Assembly (NCBI GenBank): GCA_964012805.1
Contig: CAXGUD010000009.1
Coordinates: 1 to 64,000, forward strand
Direction of reading: 5' to 3'
DNA: 64,000 bases
Origin: an uncultured Bacteriovoracaceae bacterium
Lineage (GTDB): Bacteria > Bdellovibrionota > Bacteriovoracia > Bacteriovoracales > Bacteriovoracaceae
Numbering within the stretch: the stretch's first letter is position 1; each line of letters starts with the position of its first letter. Shown one piece after another: positions 49,145-58,275 of the stretch. Both the position numbers and the translations under genes were made by a program. The notes under the pieces were generated by a model. That model was not told the DNA's origin and made no database searches. It worked only from the letters and a program-made list of their open reading frames with translations.

Positions 49145-50437
49145 TTATTCGACAACTAGCTCTTCATCTTCTTCATCTAAGTTACTACCTTCGGCCTTAG
49201 CTTCCTCCAAATAAGTTTTCATCTTTTCTTTTTTGTCGGTAAACTTTTCATCAGGAAGAATGACTTCTCTTTCTCTCTCTGTTTTAATAAATTCTTCTTC
49301 TTCTTTTTCAATTTTTCTTTTTAGTTTGATCATCTGTGTTTCTTTCAAAAACTCTTCCCTTCTAGAAAAAGTGGTCCCAAACTCTTTAAATGAGTATCTA
49401 TATAACTCCTGAAGAACAAGATTATTACGCTTGCTTCTTTCCAAAAACTGGATCATTTCCCTAACAAAGCCTTCATTACTTAATAAATGGGACCAGGCTG
49501 AAAAAAGGAAAACAGTCCCCTTTGAAGAAATTTGCTCATTAAAAGTTAAGTCTTTAAATTTTTTATATATAACCTTCGCCATTCTCTCGTTTGTAGGTTT
49601 ATATTCTAGAGCATTTAAAATTCTTAGTTTAAGATTTCTACCTTCTTTCTTTTTATCATCGTAGCGAACAAACAAAGTCCGAAAATAACCTCTGTTAAAA
49701 ATAAAAACCTTTATTTGTCTATATTCGGATCCTTCCTTTTTAGGTAAGATCACAACCCCAAGTTTCCTTTCACTATCATAATAAAAGTCCTCAAACTTTT
49801 TACCAATAACAGTTCTCCTAATTTCTAATAGAAAAAGGTTATAAACATACTCATACATATTTCCTTGAAGAATCCGGTCAATTGTTTTTTTTGAAAAGGT
49901 TTTTCCTCTAAAAGGATTTATGTCTTTTAGAAAAATATCTCTCGCTATTTTTTTGTCAGATATTTTTAAAAGATAATTTTTAAAAATAGGTAAATTATAT
50001 AATTTTTGATTTTTAAATGGCAGATTCAAAGCAATCTTCTCTCCTGAGAAAAATTGACCAAAAAAAATGCCTTTATTGTTAACAAACTTTGCCCCAGGCT
50101 CTTTACTTAATTTCCCATCCATCACAACAGGTATTAAATTATAAACCGGATGATAAACTGGAAAAGGAAGAATGAAATTTTTTAAATGGAAATTCTTCCA
50201 TTTATCCTGGTTAGATTCCAAAATCTTCTGCTCAAATTTCGAAAGGCCAATTTCTTTTCCTTTTAACAATTCTCTTTTTTTTACGATAATAGACACTAAA
50301 CGAGAGTGATAACCTTCATCAATAATTTTTTTGTAAAAAAAATAGGGAGTAAAAAGAATGCCACCTAAAAGCAAAAATCCTATTAAGCAAAATATAGTTA
50401 AAGATAACAAAGTTCTCATAACCTTCTTCTCGTCCAA
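49145..50437 (-). CDS. Hypothetical membrane-anchored protein
   Basis: Single N-terminal TM; 430-aa ORF. Confidence 0.65.
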   Translation of the reverse strand: MDEKKVMRTLLSLTIFCLIGFLLLGGILFTPYFFYKKIIDEGYHSRLVSIIVKKRELLKGKEIGLSKFEQKILESNQDKWKNFHLKNFILPFPVYHPVYNLIPVVMDGKLSKEPGAKFVNNKGIFFGQFFSGEKIALNLPFKNQKLYNLPIFKNYLLKISDKKIARDIFLKDINPFRGKTFSKKTIDRILQGNMYEYVYNLFLLEIRRTVIGKKFEDFYYDSERKLGVVILPKKEGSEYRQIKVFIFNRGYFRTLFVRYDDKKKEGRNLKLRILNALEYKPTNERMAKVIYKKFKDLTFNEQISSKGTVFLFSAWSHLLSNEGFVREMIQFLERSKRNNLVLQELYRYSFKEFGTTFSRREEFLKETQMIKLKRKIEKEEEEFIKTEREREVILPDEKFTDKKEKMKTYLEEAKAEGSNLDEEDEELVVE

Positions 50438-50578
50438 AAGATCAACTAACTGAGTAAATGTAAAATAAACTTACAAATAAAGTCAGAATTAGGAAGGTAA
50501 GAAACGACAATTAGACGACAACAGCTAAAGTAATTAGAATAGAAAAAGTTAAAACGTTCCTACCTATTTGGATAAAGC

Positions 50579-51136
50579 ATGAAAATAACATTTTTCGTCC
50601 TAATAAATATTTTCTTAATAGACTTATCACTATGCTATGGAAACCTCAACTTGGAAAAAGCAGGCTGTTTAGAAATAAAAGGAAAAAAAGCGCGTTTTAA
50701 GTTTGAACACAAACTATTAGGGAAATTCTCTATTTGCCAATCTAAAAATGAAGATAAAATAATATTCTTCAAAAGTAAAAAGAGGTTTCTAAACAATAAG
50801 TTTTGTTTTATACCAACTCATGAAAGAATCAATAAATCTTTTTATGTTGGTGAACCAAGGTGTCTTTTTTTAAATGACAGTGAAAAAGTTTTTAGAATTA
50901 ATTTCCTTAAAAATAGACCTGGTAATTATGTGGACTTCCCAATAAATGGCACCCTCATTATCCCAGATAAATTTATCAACTTTCCAGACCCTTTTAATAA
51001 AGAAATAAAAATGGGTATTCCAGAGGCTTACCTCAGGTGCATGAAAGAAATAAATAAGAGAGAATCAAATACCTCATTTTGTGAATCATTCAAAAAGGCA
51101 AATAACTTCATCTATGTCCCTCTTGCAAAGAGATAA
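50579..51136 (+). CDS. Hypothetical secreted Cys-containing protein
   Basis: Signal-like N-terminus, several Cys. Confidence 0.6.
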   Translation: MKITFFVLINIFLIDLSLCYGNLNLEKAGCLEIKGKKARFKFEHKLLGKFSICQSKNEDKIIFFKSKKRFLNNKFCFIPTHERINKSFYVGEPRCLFLNDSEKVFRINFLKNRPGNYVDFPINGTLIIPDKFINFPDPFNKEIKMGIPEAYLRCMKEINKRESNTSFCESFKKANNFIYVPLAKR

Positions 51137-51138
51137 TA

Positions 51139-52029
51139 TTAACTTTTAAGATTCCCGGATATTAACTTACCCTTCCGGTAACTATTATAAGTGTCACCAT
51201 CTTGCGATGGAAAACCAAGGATAGGAAGTATCGTATCACCGGCTTCTTCTATGGAAGGACCTATATTCATACATATCACAAAATAATAAAAGCTTTTTCC
51301 ATCTTTTTCATGTGCTTTTATATAAGTAAAAAGATCGTCCCCATCTCGATCCCTTTCAGTATAGACTTCATCTGGACCTTCTAAAGTATCCTCCATAAAG
51401 ATGTCGTAACAATAGAAATCCTCATAAGGAATATCTTTACTTGATCGTTGCTCAAGTAAAGAAGCTAAAAATGCGGACTTTTTACTTTCAATTGTTTCAA
51501 AAACTTCTGAAGATATTTGTCCATCTGAGCCGCTCTCTCCGCCATCATTTTTTAGAAATTCTTCTAGATTCTCTAGTTCTTTTCCAATTCTAAACTCATT
51601 TAAAAGAGAAACTTCCTTGGTTGCAGTGACAAGAAAAATAAAAGAAGGTTTATTTTCAAAAACTAAGCAAAGGGAAGCTAAGTAGAAAGTGCCATCCATT
51701 TCTCCATCAAACTTTGAAATAAAAGAAAAAACCTCTTCTCCAAGAGAGTTTTGATTCCTCCATATTTCATCTGGCTCTGCAAAAAGTTTTTCCAAAAAAG
51801 AAGGATCCGAAATAAAATCACTTAAATTTTCTGTTTCACATTTATATTTCTTTCTTAGATCATCTTCACATTTCTCATAATAATCAACAATGGGTCCGTA
51901 AAACTCTTTTATACAAATTTCAGAACAGAAGCCGCGGGGGATGACACTCTCAACAAAGTAGAGGCTTTCAGGATCATCCACAATTTTTTTACAATTATTA
52001 CAAAAATAGAAGTTTTCTTTTAATTTCAA
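51139..52029 (-). CDS. Zn-finger plus duplicated PBECR2-like (PDEI/VW/Y) domain protein
   Basis: CNNC...FCSEIC; LFAEPDEIWR and TLEGPDEVYT repeats. Confidence 0.55.
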   Translation of the reverse strand: MKLKENFYFCNNCKKIVDDPESLYFVESVIPRGFCSEICIKEFYGPIVDYYEKCEDDLRKKYKCETENLSDFISDPSFLEKLFAEPDEIWRNQNSLGEEVFSFISKFDGEMDGTFYLASLCLVFENKPSFIFLVTATKEVSLLNEFRIGKELENLEEFLKNDGGESGSDGQISSEVFETIESKKSAFLASLLEQRSSKDIPYEDFYCYDIFMEDTLEGPDEVYTERDRDGDDLFTYIKAHEKDGKSFYYFVICMNIGPSIEEAGDTILPILGFPSQDGDTYNSYRKGKLISGNLKS

Positions 52030-52036
52030 GATTTTC

Positions 52037-52945
52037 TCATATGTTTAAGTTAATCTTTGTAAAAACAGAATTACCATAAAAACCTTGGTGAGACCAAAGC
52101 CTCGCTCTCCTCAATTCCTCTTCCTTACGGACCTTATTTGTTCTAAATACTGCACCCAAAACAAAATCAAACTTTTTAGATAAGTTCAGGAATAACCAAG
52201 GAGATAGGTGCCCACTCGACACTTTATTTTTCAATGAATCATTACTTTTAGACGTTGGTGAAACCTCGTAATGCACAGCTTCAATTGCAAAGTTAATATC
52301 CGGTGTTACTTTCCAGCCCAAAACACCATAATATTTTCTAATATCGCCAACTGCTAGCTCCCCTTGGTTCTTGGGTCTTCCTGTCATATGGTACTCATGA
52401 CCTAATGAGAAAATTAAATTTGAAAAATTCCTCGAGGTTTCAAAACCGATCATCTTATCAGTCCTTGAAGAACCGAAGTTTGAGCTACTTTCTTTCAGAC
52501 TAACTCCAGCAAACAAATCCAGTTTTGAGTTAAAAGAACCATTAGACCAACTCAACCAATTAGCAACTACCCGAAAATCTAAATTGCCCTTTCTAGATTG
52601 ATTTTCATTAAGGTTTAATGAATCTGCAAAACCAAAGTAATATCCAAGTTTTAAATAGAGGTCAGATTGTGGCCGATAATAAAGATTCATTTTATAAAAA
52701 GAAGCATTATCATTTTTTGAAAAGCTGTCAACATCAACAGATTCAATGGTGCCTTCGAAAGTCCAGCTGCCAAATCCACTTTTTGTAGTGGCTTTTGAAG
52801 AAGATCTAGAAGAGTCTGCACGCTTTTCATTTTTTTTTCTTCTTTTCTTTTTAGTAGGAATTTCTTCTGTATAATCTGGAGGAGCCGATAAGAGAGGCAC
52901 TGAAAAAAGGGCAAGCAGGAGGATTACTGAAATTTTTTTTTTCAT
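52037..52945 (-). CDS. Putative outer-membrane beta-barrel protein
   Basis: Signal peptide, amphipathic beta strands through to the C-terminus. Confidence 0.6.
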   Translation of the reverse strand: MKKKISVILLLALFSVPLLSAPPDYTEEIPTKKKRRKKNEKRADSSRSSSKATTKSGFGSWTFEGTIESVDVDSFSKNDNASFYKMNLYYRPQSDLYLKLGYYFGFADSLNLNENQSRKGNLDFRVVANWLSWSNGSFNSKLDLFAGVSLKESSSNFGSSRTDKMIGFETSRNFSNLIFSLGHEYHMTGRPKNQGELAVGDIRKYYGVLGWKVTPDINFAIEAVHYEVSPTSKSNDSLKNKVSSGHLSPWLFLNLSKKFDFVLGAVFRTNKVRKEEELRRARLWSHQGFYGNSVFTKINLNI

Positions 52946-53306
52946 AACAAGCCTCTCCCTTCTCGCATTTTTAATTACAACAAAAGTTACGCTATACGTT
53001 CATTAGACCAAAGAAAAAAAATTTTTTCAACTAATACTTTAAAAGCAAAAGAGAATGTCCCTTCACGAAAAAAGAGGGAAGGTTCAAAAATCATCTTTCT
53101 GATTTCAAGAGTGAGAACCTTAGGATGTACTTACTTTTTAGAACCACAAAAGACTCTATGCAATGAGTAATTTCATTTGATGGAGAGCTTCATAGTACTA
53201 TAGATGACCCTTTTAAAACCATATCAAAGGAAAAACCTACCTCTTAGCCTGAGACTCATTAATCATATAAAATTAAATTAAAAAATAGAGCAGGAAGGAG
53301 GTTTTT

Positions 53307-53615
53307 TTGGATTTACAAAAATGGAGAAATAATCCTGAAATAGCTTCACTTGTAGAGATCGGAACAAAAGGATTCTACCCTCTTTTTTATCCCCAATGGC
53401 TCCATGAAGTTTCCAATCTGCAAAGTAACCCATTTTCAAAACAAGAAGAGGAAAAAGCAAAGAAGATATTAAAGCAGCTTCAAAAGCACAAAAGCTTAGA
53501 TAGAAAAAAAACACTCCTGTCTTCTTTAGAAAAAGAGGATCGAATTCTATTTATAAAAACATTCCTAAAAGCGGTTGAAGGAAAAATTCTAGACGAGAAA
53601 CCAGAACTTCAATGA
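53307..53615 (+). CDS. Hypothetical protein
   Basis: TTG start with GGAGG RBS; ATGA overlap with the next gene. Confidence 0.65.
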   Translation: MDLQKWRNNPEIASLVEIGTKGFYPLFYPQWLHEVSNLQSNPFSKQEEEKAKKILKQLQKHKSLDRKKTLLSSLEKEDRILFIKTFLKAVEGKILDEKPELQ

Positions 53616-53917
53616 AAAAACTTAATACAATTCTCTTTAATTTTATATTTGGTACTTTTTTTTTATTGCCTATGCAAGCCCAAGCGGAATACAGAGTCTA
53701 CCAATACTTTGTAAAATCTAAATTTAACCTACCTCAAGACAAAGAAGGACATCTTGTAACCTCCACACTAGATCCAGTTAGCTATATAGCTTATCACGGT
53801 GGTCGACAGTCAATTGAAATAGACTTGCTAAGAACATGGGTTTGTAAAGGTCACACAGGGTACTTTAAAAAATTTTGCGATTCCCCGCTCGACAAACTGA
53901 AAAAAACAAAAATCTAA
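53612..53917 (+). CDS. Small secreted hypothetical protein
   Basis: Signal peptide ending AQA-EYRVY; STLDP, TWVC motifs. Confidence 0.7.
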   Translation: MKKLNTILFNFIFGTFFLLPMQAQAEYRVYQYFVKSKFNLPQDKEGHLVTSTLDPVSYIAYHGGRQSIEIDLLRTWVCKGHTGYFKKFCDSPLDKLKKTKI

Positions 53918-53941
53918 ACTAACATTCGGAGGAATTTTCAA

Positions 53942-55117
53942 TTGAAAATAACTCAAGGTCAAAAAGATTTCGAACAAACCCTAAAATTTATAAAAGAGAA
54001 GAGGAAAAGAGAAATCAAACGAGGCCAACAAGAAGTTAAAAATATAAAAGATTATTACGATAAAGCTGTATCCACAACGAAAACAGATGGAGAAAAACGG
54101 TATTATGAAGCAAAATTAAAAAATGAAAGTAAATTAGACCAAGCCTATAGAGAAGGTCTAAAAAACTTTGAGGAAAAACAAGGTGTTTTTGAAGGAGATC
54201 TTGAAAAAGTGAAGGATGCTTTTGAAACTAAAAAAAAGCTCTACCAAAATAGACTTAGAGAACTCAACAGAAGATTTAATATCAAGCTTCTAGATAGAAA
54301 CGAATACGCAGAAGACATACTTTCAAAGATAGACGGGGAGCATAGAGAAGCAATTCTAAATTTAGAGGAGGTAAGTTCTAGAGAATTAGCTGAAGCAGAA
54401 ATGAGGGCCCTTAAAAGAATAAAGAGTAATCAACTCAGAAATAGAATAAAAATGGAAAGGCAAAAAAATGATTTTATGAAAAAAATGGGAGATGAAGGCT
54501 TATTACTTGATGAAAAACTAAAAAATGAGAGGTTAAAAAGTAAAAAGAACCTTGATGATCTCGTTAGACTCCAAGATATAAAAAGACAGCAAGCCGTTAA
54601 AAGACATCACGAAATTCTTGAAACAAAAAAAGACCAACATGCGGAAAAAATTAAATCAGAAGATAAATCTTTTAAGCAAAAATTTAGTATTTTAAAAGAA
54701 AACCATCAAGAAGTTCTTGATAGAGTTAAAAAGCTATTCGATAAGCAAAAGATGGAGCTTATTAAATCCCACTCGAAAATAAAACAGACTCTAGATAACA
54801 AACATGAAGACGATTTCTATCATGTAAAAGTTATTGAGCCCAAACTAATTGATAATGAGAAAGAATACTTACTCTACATCAAAGTTCCACCTCATGAGAA
54901 AGAGACAACACATGTTGCAGCGAGAAACAGAAAAATTAACATCACCGTAGCAAGACGCTTTGAAGATAGAGTTCAAAATGATGACGGAACAATAGATAAA
55001 TCTCGTAAATCAGAAATTTTCGGCAAGACAATCTATACGGATGATCTAATGGACCATAATGGAATTACTCAAAAGTATGAAAATGGTCACTTAATTTTTA
55101 AAATCCTAAAAAAATAA
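53942..55117 (+). CDS. Coiled-coil protein with C-terminal Hsp20/alpha-crystallin-like domain
   Basis: About 300 aa charged heptads, then DNEKEYLLYIKVP...INIT...YENGHLIFKILK; GGAGG RBS. Confidence 0.65.
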   Translation: MKITQGQKDFEQTLKFIKEKRKREIKRGQQEVKNIKDYYDKAVSTTKTDGEKRYYEAKLKNESKLDQAYREGLKNFEEKQGVFEGDLEKVKDAFETKKKLYQNRLRELNRRFNIKLLDRNEYAEDILSKIDGEHREAILNLEEVSSRELAEAEMRALKRIKSNQLRNRIKMERQKNDFMKKMGDEGLLLDEKLKNERLKSKKNLDDLVRLQDIKRQQAVKRHHEILETKKDQHAEKIKSEDKSFKQKFSILKENHQEVLDRVKKLFDKQKMELIKSHSKIKQTLDNKHEDDFYHVKVIEPKLIDNEKEYLLYIKVPPHEKETTHVAARNRKINITVARRFEDRVQNDDGTIDKSRKSEIFGKTIYTDDLMDHNGITQKYENGHLIFKILKK

Positions 55118-55169
55118 GTGATCTCTTTTCTTTCAGAATAAAAAATCTTATAATCTAAAGAAAAGAGTC

Positions 55170-56315
55170 ATGAAAAGACCACAAATAGTTCACTTCATTA
55201 CAATTATATCAGACGACTTTATTAGTCTAAAGGCTGCAGTCGGATTATCGAGGAAACCCAGTATCCTCCAAGAACCCGGTCTAACACCCATATCAAGTTT
55301 AGAAAGTGATATTGCAAGTTTCCCAATTCAATCCTTTAACCTCCTCAACTCCCATGATTTTCAAATCAAAATTATTGGCCTGGATAAAGATCATAAAGTT
55401 GTATTTGAAAAAGAATATGAAACGGATACTTACGGTAAGTTAAATTTCAAAATCCCCTTAACCAAAGAAACTTTTAAAATAAAGAGTTTTCAACTATACG
55501 AAACAAGTCGCCTACCTCAGGTCGAACTTCTTCTTGGAAGCTTTATTCCTCTTAAAATCCAAACCCCTAGAAAAATTGTCATTTGCGACTTTGATAAGAC
55601 CTTAGTTGATACAAAATACTCCACAACAAAAGAAGTATATGAGTCTTTAACAAAACCCCTTAAGGATTTTCCAAATGTCAAAAAAAGCATAGAGCTTTTG
55701 AAAAGCTATACTAAACAAGGCTTTCATCCTTTTATTCTTTCAGCATCTCCTCACTTTTACGAAAATGCTATTCGAGACTGGTTATATCAAAATAAAATTT
55801 TTACGGCCGGCATTTTCCTTAAAGATGTTCGTCAAGTTTTTTCTCTTTGGGATGGTGATTTAGGCCCTAGAGATATAACTCATCAGGGTCTCTATAAATT
55901 AAATCAACTACTAGACATTATAAATATGACTGACATTCCTGACGAACTTGTCCTTATGGGCGACAACTTTGAATCAGATCCCGTGATATATTTATCCTTT
56001 TCTCAAATGATCCAAAATAAGGAGGAGCCATGGGTTATTTGGAAAAACCTCAAAGACCAAAAAGACTTCTCCATTGGAAAAAAACAAAACTCTAAGTTTC
56101 TAAGTAAAATTTTTCAGATTAAAACTCTTCTTAATAACAAAAAGCAAAAAAGTAACAAATTTCAGATTAAATTGAAAATTTTTATTCGAAAAAAACATCC
56201 AGATGAAGCCTTAAAAATCCCTTCAAACCTAAAAACTGAAGTAACAAGCATTGAAACCTACGCAACAGATACAACACCTAATGAGTTACCATCAAGCAAT
56301 AATCAGCCAGAATAA
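55170..56315 (+). CDS. HAD-superfamily phosphatase, App1/phosphatidate phosphatase-like
   Basis: ICDFDKTLVDT (DxDxT), LSASP, LMGDNFESD. Confidence 0.7.
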   Translation: MKRPQIVHFITIISDDFISLKAAVGLSRKPSILQEPGLTPISSLESDIASFPIQSFNLLNSHDFQIKIIGLDKDHKVVFEKEYETDTYGKLNFKIPLTKETFKIKSFQLYETSRLPQVELLLGSFIPLKIQTPRKIVICDFDKTLVDTKYSTTKEVYESLTKPLKDFPNVKKSIELLKSYTKQGFHPFILSASPHFYENAIRDWLYQNKIFTAGIFLKDVRQVFSLWDGDLGPRDITHQGLYKLNQLLDIINMTDIPDELVLMGDNFESDPVIYLSFSQMIQNKEEPWVIWKNLKDQKDFSIGKKQNSKFLSKIFQIKTLLNNKKQKSNKFQIKLKIFIRKKHPDEALKIPSNLKTEVTSIETYATDTTPNELPSSNNQPE

Positions 56316-56581
56316 AAGCTCTGTAATAAAGAAAGTTAAGTAACCAATTGCAAGAAAAAGTCCTAGCCGATGAATTCGCTCAGGTTTCACTTTGCTTTCA
56401 CTGATTGAAATTAACATCTTGCCCAAAGGCAACTTACTAAAATTTAGAGGCAAAAACTCCAAAAAAACTCTAAGAAGTGATAGGATCAAAACACAATATT
56501 CCGAATTTTGCTTTAGGAAAAAAGGCATGAAATCAAAACTCCTGACCATAACATTCACAATATAAAAAGGCTTATTACCTT

Positions 56582-58264
56582 ATGAACTTTATTCATCTTA
56601 TCGGTGATCCAGAGGAAACCTTTTATCAATTAGGGCTAAAGGACAAAACTACCTACAGGCCACTCTATGATCAATTAAGAAAACTCACTCATCTAAACTC
56701 GAAAGTTCTCGATCATTTAATGGATGAAATTTTTAATTGGGGTGGTTATGCCTTAACCTTAAAATCTTCTAACTTTAGAAAAAAAGTTAAAGCCTACAAT
56801 GAGGCTATTGGCCTAAAAGAAAGAGAGATGATAACCTCTTTTATTATACCAGAACTTCTTTCTTGCTTATCTAAATGGATTCCTGGTTTACCTCCCCAAC
56901 TTTTTGGCTGTTCAAGCTATTTCATGTTGAATGAATTAGGCCAAACACTACATGGAAGAATTTTAGATTTTCCTTTAGTTGGGACATATGAGAATGAAGA
57001 GAGAGCTTTAAGGTGGGACGTGCCAGGTGTTAATAATCAAATTTTTTCCTATTCTTCTTCAGGGCTCCCTTTTTCCTCTTTGACTGCAATGAATTCATAC
57101 GGAGTATCAGTTGCTCTCCATCAAAAATACACAGATCACTTCAATATAAAAGGAACACCTATTTTTGAAATTGCAGAAGAAATGCTTCTAAAATGTGGTG
57201 ACAAAAAATCTGTCTTAAGCTTTTTAAAAAATAGTGAAAGTTTAACAACATGGGGCCTCTATATTGGTTTTGCTGATGGACAAGTATTAGAAGTAGATCT
57301 AAGAGGTGAAGAGATTTTTATTAATGAGTTCCGACTTGAAGAAAATCAAATCCTATACTTTAACAATATAAATTTAGGGAATCATACAGAAGAAGATGAT
57401 TCCTATTTTATGCCTTATGGCGTTCCCTCTTTTTGTCAAATGAGGAAGGACACAGCCGAAGAAGAAATTCAAAGCTTCTTCGAAACCAAAAAAGAAAAGA
57501 GCTCCTTAAATCTATTAAAACTAATGAGTTTCCCCAAAAATCAAAAAACGAATCTAAAAGACTGGAAATTATCCCCTATCACTCAATCAAGCATTTCATG
57601 CTCAACTTTTAATTTAAATGATGAAGAATCTTTATTCATTCCAGGGCCTGCACCAAAGTATATTAGAAAAGAGATTTCTCAATTTAAAAATATTTGGTCT
57701 AGAAAGCCATTGCAAGAAAAGGTTACTTTAAAGTCAGATAAAAAACTCTCTTTTATAACTAATAAATACCACCAAGGTATGAAAGAATTAATCTCAGCAC
57801 AGACTTTTTATGATAAACACGATTTCCACATGGCCTATCACTTCATCCAAGCAAGTATAGAAACCTTAGATAAACTACCTGAGAAATTTATTGCAAAATT
57901 CTTTTTTGCTGTCTTCGAATTTATCCACGAACCACATACTAAAGCAAGAGGACTCATTTTACAGGAATTTAAAGAGCTTAAAGGAAAACTCCCATCCTAT
58001 TTAAACGACCATTGCCTGCTATTTATAAACAGACTTCAGGTCTTAATCTCCGGGTACTCTAGCCTCTCACCGATGAGAATTAACCATATTGGTTTAAGAG
58101 AGGTTTTTTATTTTGAAAGAAATATTCCCAGGATCCTATTATACAAGACCATTTCCCCTCTTATGAGGCCAAGAATAGAACTTCTAGATGTTATTTATGG
58201 CCATATATCTCCCCCCATCAAAATCAGAAAGCCTAAGATTGATGAGGGAAGCCTATCTTTATAA
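56582..58264 (+). CDS. C45 family Ntn-hydrolase (autoproteolytic acyltransferase/peptidase) with helical C-terminal extension
   Basis: YQLG N-terminus, FGCSS nucleophile (Cys110), HGRILDF, AMNSYGVSV. Confidence 0.72.
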   Translation: MNFIHLIGDPEETFYQLGLKDKTTYRPLYDQLRKLTHLNSKVLDHLMDEIFNWGGYALTLKSSNFRKKVKAYNEAIGLKEREMITSFIIPELLSCLSKWIPGLPPQLFGCSSYFMLNELGQTLHGRILDFPLVGTYENEERALRWDVPGVNNQIFSYSSSGLPFSSLTAMNSYGVSVALHQKYTDHFNIKGTPIFEIAEEMLLKCGDKKSVLSFLKNSESLTTWGLYIGFADGQVLEVDLRGEEIFINEFRLEENQILYFNNINLGNHTEEDDSYFMPYGVPSFCQMRKDTAEEEIQSFFETKKEKSSLNLLKLMSFPKNQKTNLKDWKLSPITQSSISCSTFNLNDEESLFIPGPAPKYIRKEISQFKNIWSRKPLQEKVTLKSDKKLSFITNKYHQGMKELISAQTFYDKHDFHMAYHFIQASIETLDKLPEKFIAKFFFAVFEFIHEPHTKARGLILQEFKELKGKLPSYLNDHCLLFINRLQVLISGYSSLSPMRINHIGLREVFYFERNIPRILLYKTISPLMRPRIELLDVIYGHISPPIKIRKPKIDEGSLSL

Positions 58265-58275
58265 AGTTGCTGAAC

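Noticed and set aside
56292..56558. 88-aa minus-strand hydrophobic ORF
   Set aside because: No RBS or motif recognised and it overlaps the end of the phosphatase gene; cannot be supported as a gene
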